Positions 58,226 through 64,000 of a DNA stretch of 64,000 bases are shown piece after piece. Position numbers and translations under genes: made by a program. Every line of letters starts with the position of its first letter. Within the stretch, counting starts at the first letter, position 1. This DNA is from an uncultured Elusimicrobia bacterium (GTDB lineage Bacteria > Elusimicrobiota > Elusimicrobia > 2-01-FULL-59-12): NCBI GenBank assembly GCA_963702895.1, contig OY969767.1, positions 160,001 to 224,000 of the forward strand, read 5' to 3'. The notes beneath the pieces were generated by a model that worked only from the letters and a program-made list of their open reading frames with translations, did not search any database and was not told the DNA's origin.

Positions 58226-61200
58226 ATGGATTCTTTCGTTCATCTTCACTCGCACTCCGAATATTCCCTTCTGGATGGTGCCGCGCGCCTGACGGACGAA
58301 AAGGGGAAGCCCGGCGAGCTGCTCAAACGTGTGGCGGACCTCAAAATGCCGGCCCTTGCCCTGACCGACCACGGCAACCTCTATGGCGCCATCGAGTTTT
58401 ATCAGGCGGCCAAGGCCGCGGGCGTCAAGCCCATCATCGGCTGCGAGATGTATCTGGCCCCCAAGTCACGCCTGGACAGGACTTCCGAGCGCGGCCAGGA
58501 AGACGCGTTTTATCATTTCACGCTGCTCGCCCGGGATAACGAAGGCTATCAAAACCTCATCCAGCTCTGTTCCATCGGATTTCTGGAGGGCTATTACTAC
58601 AAGCCGCGTGTGGACAAAGAGGTCCTTGCCCGTTATGGTCAGGGACTGATCGCGCTTTCCGGCTGCTTGAAGGGGGAACTCTCGCAGGCGCTCCTGGCGG
58701 GCAAGGACCAGGCGGCCCTGAAAATCGTGGACGACTATCAGGCGATCTTTGGCAAGGAGAATTATTACCTTGAGCTCATGGACCACGGCATCGCGGACCA
58801 GAAGCGACTGAATGTAAAGCTCCTGGAGCTCTCAAAGAAGACCGGCGTGCCGCTGGTCGTCACCAACGACTGCCACTATCTTAAAAAAGAGGACGCTTCT
58901 GCCCATGACGCCCTGCTCTGCATCGGGACGGGATCCACCCTGGCGGAGCCCAACCGCCTGCGCTTCGAGCAGCCCGAGTTTTATTACAAATCTCCCCAGG
59001 AGATGTATGCCCTCTTCGGGCATTGTCCGGACGCGCTGCGAAGGACGCTCGAGATCGCCGAGCGCTGCCACGTGGACATCAAGTTTGATCAAATGCTCCT
59101 GCCGCACTATGAAGTCCCCGCCGGCACCACGCCGGACGAGTACCTGGAAAAGCTTTGTCGTGAAGGGATGCTGCGTCGCTACGGCGCCGACCAGGCTTCC
59201 TACATGGAGAGGCTGCGCTACGAGCTTTCCGTCATCCACAAGATGGGATTCTCCATGTACTTCCTGATCGTCTGGGACTTCGTCCAATGGGCCAAGTCCA
59301 ACCACATCCCCGTCGGACCAGGCCGCGGCTCGGGGGCCGGGTCGCTCGTGTCCTATGTGCTGGGGATTACGGATATCTGCCCCATGAAGTACGGGCTCCT
59401 CTTTGAAAGGTTCTTAAATCCGGACCGACGCTCGATGCCGGACCTGGACATTGATTTCTCGGATGAGGGGCGCGATCGGGTGATTCAGTACGTGCGCAGC
59501 AAGTACGGCGAAAAGAGCGTCGCCCAGATCATCACCTTTGGATCGATGCTCGCGCGGCTGGTGGTCCGGGACGTGGGACGTGTGATGGGATTTCCCGTGT
59601 CGGAAGTCGACCGGATTGCCAAACTCATTCCTCGCGAGCTGGGCACGACCATCGAGATGGCCCGCAAAAATGTCCCTGAACTCCAGCAGGAGTGCAAGCT
59701 CAACCCTGAAGTGGACAAGCTCCTCGTCACGGCCCAGCGCCTGGAGGGCCTCAAGCGCCATACGGGGGTGCACGCGGCCGGGATCGTGATCGCCAAAGGC
59801 GATCTTACGCAATATGTGCCTCTGGCCAAGGGGGCCAAGGACGTCATCACGACCCAATATAACGATGAAGCGCTCCTCAAGATGGGCCTTCTCAAGATGG
59901 ACTTTTTGGGCCTGCGGACGCTTACCGTCATCCATCACGCCTCACGTCTTGTGCGCGAGCGCGGCAAGCCTCATTTCGACGTCCGCTCGGTGCCGCTCGA
60001 TGACGCGGCCACCTACAAGCTTCTGCAGGACGGCAAAGGGGTTGGCGTGTTCCAGTTGGAAAGCTCCGGCATGCGCGATCTCCTGCGCAAACTTCACCCC
60101 AGCGTTTTCGAGGAGATCATCGCGCTGATCGCCCTCTACCGCCCAGGTCCCATGGGGGCGGGCATGCTTGAAGAATTTGTGAAACGCAAACATAACGCGT
60201 CCGCCGTGAGGTACGACCATCCGAGGCTCGAGCCCATTCTGAAAGAAACCTATGGTGTGATTCTCTATCAAGAGCAGGTGATGAAGATTTCACAGGATTT
60301 CGCAGGGTTCACGCCCGGCCAGGCCGATATTCTCCGCAAGGCCATGGGGAAGAAGATCCCGGAGGAAATTGAGAAGCTGCGCGGCCAATTCATGCAGGGC
60401 GCCAAGGCCAAGGGCATCCGGGACAAGACAGCCCATCATGTCTTTGAGCAGATCGTCACCTTTGGCGGCTACGGCTTCAACAAGTCCCACAGCACGGCTT
60501 ATGGCTTGGTCTCCTATCAAACGGCGTATCTCAAGGCCAATCACCCGCTGGAATTCATGACCGCCCTGCTGACGAGTGAAATTGGGCACAGCGCCATCGG
60601 CAGGGAAGAGGAATCGAAACTCGTCGGTTTCATCGGGGAGGCGGAGGCCATGGGGATCAAGGTCTTGCCGCCGGATGTCGAAAAGTCCTTCAGCGAGTTC
60701 ACGATTGAATATATTGATGTCACCCCGGCGGAAGCCGGGGTCCATACAACGGTCTTGATGGATTCCAACCCCCCTACAACTGGGGGACTGTCCCTTCCTA
60801 TCAGTTACAAGGACGGGGACGGCGTTCGCCGGAATGACGTAAGGGCGATACGGTTTGGCCTGTTGGCGGTGAAGAATGTGGGCGAAGGGGCCGTCCAATC
60901 CATCGTGCAGGTTCGAAAAGAAGGCGGTCCCTTCACTTCTCTTGAGGATTTCTGCCGCCGCATCGACCTTCGCCAGGCCAACCGCAAGGTGCTCGAGTCG
61001 CTCGTCAAGTCCGGGGCCTTTGACCGGTTCAGCAAGGAAGAACCGCACATGAGCAGGCCGAGATTTTTATTTGAGCTGGATGATCTCATGGCGCGTTCCG
61101 CCAAAATCCGTGAAGAGACCCAAAGCGGCCAGGATTCACTCTTTGGATGGGACGAGATGACCTCCAGCGACCGACGCGGGGACGCGGCGACGGCGGGACG

Positions 61201-61918
61201 GAGTGACTGGGCGAGGACGGCAGGACAGGGGGACGGCTCGACAGGGCGGCGAGTCGACTTTGGCTGGTCCGAGCATGAGCTCCTGGCGTGCGAGAAAGAA
61301 GTGCTCGGGTTTTATCTGTCCGGACACCCCCTGGCGCGCTTTCAAAGCGAGTTGAATCTTTTTTCCTCGCATCGCCTCAACAAGCTTCCCGCCTCGGGGA
61401 CCGCGGTTCGGATCGCGGGGATGCTCTCGAACGTGCGCCGGATGGTGACCAAAGCGAAAAAAGAACCTTACGCGCGCTGCCGCTTCGAAGACCTGGAAGG
61501 GGAGGTCGATATCATCGTTTTCCCCAAGGCTTACGCCAGCGGCGTCTCGCAGCTCCTCAAGCCCTCTGCGCTCGTGGTCATCACGGGCAGGCTCAACCGC
61601 CGGGCGGAAGACGGCAACCCGGAAATCCTGGTGGAGGAGATGGTGCCGCTCGAGAGCGCCCGCGAGCAGTACGTGAGCGAACTTCTTGTGCGCATGGCGG
61701 GAACTGGAATGGATGAGACGGTGTTGGAAGATCTGAAAGGCGTGCTGGCCCGTTACCCCGGGCGCTGCCGGGTGTGCCTGGAAGTGCCCGCCCCGCCACA
61801 GGGCACGGTCGTGGTGGAAACGGATGTCACGGTCAAACCTTCACAAGAACTCTTGATGGAGATTGAAAAAAGGCTGGGACACCAGTCCTGGACGATCACT
61901 AAAATAGGACGGGCGTGA
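58226..61918 (+). CDS. dnaE: DNA polymerase III alpha subunit (two repeat-derived insertions)
   Basis: HLHSHSEYSLLDG, GRGSGAGS, PDLDIDF, KMDFLGL, FNKSH, EKEVLGFYLSGHP. Confidence 0.98.
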   Translation: MDSFVHLHSHSEYSLLDGAARLTDEKGKPGELLKRVADLKMPALALTDHGNLYGAIEFYQAAKAAGVKPIIGCEMYLAPKSRLDRTSERGQEDAFYHFTLLARDNEGYQNLIQLCSIGFLEGYYYKPRVDKEVLARYGQGLIALSGCLKGELSQALLAGKDQAALKIVDDYQAIFGKENYYLELMDHGIADQKRLNVKLLELSKKTGVPLVVTNDCHYLKKEDASAHDALLCIGTGSTLAEPNRLRFEQPEFYYKSPQEMYALFGHCPDALRRTLEIAERCHVDIKFDQMLLPHYEVPAGTTPDEYLEKLCREGMLRRYGADQASYMERLRYELSVIHKMGFSMYFLIVWDFVQWAKSNHIPVGPGRGSGAGSLVSYVLGITDICPMKYGLLFERFLNPDRRSMPDLDIDFSDEGRDRVIQYVRSKYGEKSVAQIITFGSMLARLVVRDVGRVMGFPVSEVDRIAKLIPRELGTTIEMARKNVPELQQECKLNPEVDKLLVTAQRLEGLKRHTGVHAAGIVIAKGDLTQYVPLAKGAKDVITTQYNDEALLKMGLLKMDFLGLRTLTVIHHASRLVRERGKPHFDVRSVPLDDAATYKLLQDGKGVGVFQLESSGMRDLLRKLHPSVFEEIIALIALYRPGPMGAGMLEEFVKRKHNASAVRYDHPRLEPILKETYGVILYQEQVMKISQDFAGFTPGQADILRKAMGKKIPEEIEKLRGQFMQGAKAKGIRDKTAHHVFEQIVTFGGYGFNKSHSTAYGLVSYQTAYLKANHPLEFMTALLTSEIGHSAIGREEESKLVGFIGEAEAMGIKVLPPDVEKSFSEFTIEYIDVTPAEAGVHTTVLMDSNPPTTGGLSLPISYKDGDGVRRNDVRAIRFGLLAVKNVGEGAVQSIVQVRKEGGPFTSLEDFCRRIDLRQANRKVLESLVKSGAFDRFSKEEPHMSRPRFLFELDDLMARSAKIREETQSGQDSLFGWDEMTSSDRRGDAATAGRSDWARTAGQGDGSTGRRVDFGWSEHELLACEKEVLGFYLSGHPLARFQSELNLFSSHRLNKLPASGTAVRIAGMLSNVRRMVTKAKKEPYARCRFEDLEGEVDIIVFPKAYASGVSQLLKPSALVVITGRLNRRAEDGNPEILVEEMVPLESAREQYVSELLVRMAGTGMDETVLEDLKGVLARYPGRCRVCLEVPAPPQGTVVVETDVTVKPSQELLMEIEKRLGHQSWTITKIGRA
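60719..60838. repeat. In-frame GTCA palindromic repeat (120 bp) with nested 54-bp double hairpin inside dnaE
   Basis: GTCACCCCGGCGGAAGCCGGGGTCCA..TGGATTCC[54 bp]GGCGTTCGCCGGAATGAC. Confidence 0.9.
61173..61258. repeat. In-frame octamer (GACnnnnn) tandem array inside dnaE
   Basis: GACGCGGG GACGCGGC GACGGCGG GACGGAGT GACTGGGC .. GACGGCAG GACAGGGG GACGGCTC GACAGGGC. Confidence 0.75.
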
Positions 61919-62005
61919 TTAAGTGATGGGCGTGATTAGGTGATTAAGTGATTTAGTGATTAGGGGATGTCCCCTAATCACCCAATCACCTAATTACTAA
62001 ATCAC
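61915..62005. repeat. Inverted octamer (GTGATTAR) tandem arrays forming a long hairpin
   Basis: About six GTGAT(T)nn units then GGGATGTCCC then CTAATCAC CCAATCAC CTAATTAC TAAATCAC. Confidence 0.85.
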
Positions 62006-62024
62006 GCACAAACAAGGAGGATGT

Positions 62025-62546
62025 ATGGACATCGAACGCAAGAATGGAACAACACTCAAAGGGAACCCCTTTACGCTTCTCGGCGCCGAAGTCAAGGTAG
62101 GCCAGAAGGCGCCGGAGTTTACAGCGCTCGCGGGAGACCTCTCGCCCGTGACGCTGGCCTCCAGTCAAGGAAAGACGCGCATGTTCGTCTGTGTGCCGTC
62201 CTTGGATACGCCGGTCTGTGAGTCGGAGACCCGCCGGTTCAACGAAGAAGCCGCCAAACTCCCCGGTGTGGAAGTGTTCGTGATTTCGGTGGACCTTCCG
62301 TTTGCGCAAGGGCGCTTCTGCCAGACCGCCGGCATCCAGAACGTGAAGTGCCTCTCCGACCACCGCGACACGTCCTTCGGCAAGGCTTACGGCACCCTCA
62401 TCAAGGAGCTCCGGCTTCTTTCCCGCGCAATCTTCATCGTGGGCGCCGATGAGAAGGTCCAGTACGTGGAGTACGTCAAGGAAGTGACCAGCCACCCGAA
62501 TTACGACGCGGCTCTTGGTGCGCTTAAAGCGGGAGCGACCCGCTAA
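62025..62546 (+). CDS. tpx: Thiol peroxidase
   Basis: VPSLDTPVC, SVDLPFAQGRFC, RAIF, HPNYD; AAGGAGG RBS. Confidence 0.95.
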   Translation: MDIERKNGTTLKGNPFTLLGAEVKVGQKAPEFTALAGDLSPVTLASSQGKTRMFVCVPSLDTPVCESETRRFNEEAAKLPGVEVFVISVDLPFAQGRFCQTAGIQNVKCLSDHRDTSFGKAYGTLIKELRLLSRAIFIVGADEKVQYVEYVKEVTSHPNYDAALGALKAGATR

Positions 62547-62692
62547 CCGGAAATCTTCGGTTCATTTTGCCTCATCGTCTGAACTCGATGCACTTTTTTG
62601 TGCCGTCACCCCGGCGAAAGCCGGGGTCCAGTTCAACGACGATGGACTGGATCCCGGTTTTCACCGGGATGACGACAGCTGCAGATTCCCGG
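62547..62692. mobile_element. MITE-like element with CTAA duplication carrying a CGTCA palindrome pair
   Basis: CTAA at 62543-46 (tpx stop) and 62693-96; TIRs CCGGAAATCTTCGGTT / AGCTGCAGATTCCCGG. Confidence 0.8.
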
Positions 62693-62703
62693 CTAAAACA
62701 AGT

Positions 62704-62784
62704 GGGGACGTTGATAACGAAGTAACGAACTCCAAGATGCCAGCCAGATATGGCTGAGTTAGTTGCTTAGTTGCCAACGTCCCC
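62704..62784. mobile_element. Second MITE-like element (GGGGACGTTG/CAACGTCCCC ends)
   Basis: Perfect 10-bp terminal inverted repeat with internal octamers TAACGAAG / TTAGTTGC. Confidence 0.55.
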
Positions 62785-62965
62785 TATTGTTCATCACCTC
62801 AAATCAGATTGTCTTTTGGATCTCTTTTCAAGACCCGATCATCCCTAGGCCTATTGGTGCCCTGATATTTAGCCTTCCGCTCTATCGTCCCGCCGCCTGA
62901 AATCCGATAAACTTTCCCAGTTGGATCGGGAGGGGGCGAGCTATCTCGATGGCTCGTCCGCTTTT

Positions 62966-64000
62966 ATGCTTAAACATCACCTCAATCGACTCATCGCTCT
63001 CCTGCTGGTCCCTTGTCTCCTGGCTGACCCCGCGGCCTCCGCGGCTTCAGGCCTGCGGGTCCCTGCCCTCACAGTCTCATCCATCGAACACTCAGCCCGG
63101 ATGGCGGCGTTCAACGAGCAAGCACTGGTCGCCGTCGCCTTAGGCAGAACCCGTTCCATTTTGGATAGAGGTGTTCCATTCTTTTCGGGCCTGGCAAGAA
63201 AGATGGGGCTGGGAACCTTCCTCAGGCCGATCGCCGCCCCGCCCACAGGACACTTAACTGACAGAGGATCTCCCAATGCGTTAGTGACAACGTCCCTGGC
63301 GGGATGGCTTTACAGCCGTTTGCCGGAAGGCCGCTTGCGCGCCTGGGTGGGGACGCGGCTGGGGCCGCGTCGGGAAAATCGGCGGTATTTATACCGCGCG
63401 GCCTTAGCAGCCGTCGGCCACACGATAGCGCTCTTGATCTTGGCCAAACTGCCCGTCCAATCCATCGCTCGAATGAGCAACGGCGATCGCCTCTCGATCC
63501 TCACGATGCCGGATCCGAGCCCCGCGTACCTCCCCCTGGAAAACTTTATTTGGACAGCAACAAGGTGCTTCCTGGAAGATCACGACGAGGTTTTCTACGG
63601 CACAGCGCGCGACACCCGACCCCTCGAAGCCGGTGATAGCGCTAGGTTTGAGCGCCGCGCGTGGCTGTTCGCCAGGCAATTTTCAATTCTTCTGGATGGG
63701 GCCGTCCAAAAGAAGTTCGGGATCTTCCGGCTACTTTGGCTAGCCGCCGTCGAGCTCCGTGGTGCCCTGCGGCGGGCGGACCGGCTGCACGGGACGCATA
63801 ACACGCTGGGGCGCAAACACGGCACGGCTTTGCTGATGGCCAAAAAGGGAGGGAGCACGACAGGCTTGCCGCAAGCCAAAACCGCGCACACAGCCGGGCA
63901 GGATTCAGCGGATGAACCCAGAAGCCCTGCTGGGACCGGCGCAAAGCGGGCGGGATATTCGTTCTCTGTCATCGCACGGCTTTTGCAGACGCTCAAGGGC
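62966..64000 (+). CDS. Large secreted hypothetical protein, 3'-partial (not in ORF track)
   Basis: Hand translation gives 345 codons with no stop from ATG 62966: MLKHHLNRLIALLLVPCLLADPAASA...FNEQAL... Confidence 0.7.
   Translation, partial: MLKHHLNRLIALLLVPCLLADPAASAASGLRVPALTVSSIEHSARMAAFNEQALVAVALGRTRSILDRGVPFFSGLARKMGLGTFLRPIAAPPTGHLTDRGSPNALVTTSLAGWLYSRLPEGRLRAWVGTRLGPRRENRRYLYRAALAAVGHTIALLILAKLPVQSIARMSNGDRLSILTMPDPSPAYLPLENFIWTATRCFLEDHDEVFYGTARDTRPLEAGDSARFERRAWLFARQFSILLDGAVQKKFGIFRLLWLAAVELRGALRRADRLHGTHNTLGRKHGTALLMAKKGGSTTGLPQAKTAHTAGQDSADEPRSPAGTGAKRAGYSFSVIARLLQTLKG

Noticed and set aside
60700..60850. Intein in DnaE
   Set aside because: Only ~42 extra aa, no Cys/Ser start or His-Asn end; the DNA is clearly a palindromic repeat
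61915..62005. CRISPR array
   Set aside because: 8-bp units without unique spacers, inverted layout, no cas genes; the same applies to the other short arrays

Overview
GC-rich bacterial chromosome segment. The gene set and an N-terminal 'RLIALLLVPCLLADP...FNEQAL' leader suggest an Elusimicrobiota-like organism (inference). It is mostly housekeeping: tatD-metG-holB-tmk, degP, a sensor kinase, Zn/Mn uptake genes, hldD-hisB, an RhlE-type helicase, and a long + strand run (tilS-ftsH-folP-cdaA-glmM-pdxJ-glmS-acpS-nnrD-thiL-tsaE-tsaB-rimI-TPR-ispE-tRNA-Gln ... glmU-prs-rplY-pth-CBS-dnaE-tpx). There are two small accessory islands (about 0.3-3.1 kb and 46.3-53 kb). The unusual layer is a dense, nested set of small repeats and mobile elements. 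(1) An IS621-like IS110 sits at a CT core inside a CCCTCTCCC/GGGAGAGGG palindromic repeat; a bridge RNA can be read in its upstream end, with guides matching both its donor junction and the repeat target. (2) A small GIY-YIG nuclease gene bracketed by TGGTTCGACTC/GAGTCGAACCA palindromes sits in the 5' end of tRNA-Gln with a 13-bp duplication; a tRNA-fMet relic is split by similar hairpins. (3) CGTC-tagged palindromes, MITEs with CTAA/TTAA duplications and 7/8-mer tandem arrays recur, several inserted in frame in housekeeping genes (dnaE twice, ispE twice, tatD, glmM tail, TPR leader). There is also a co-oriented DnaA-box cluster inside thiL, a TM-only mini-CdaR, and an ORF not in the supplied track that runs off the right end.
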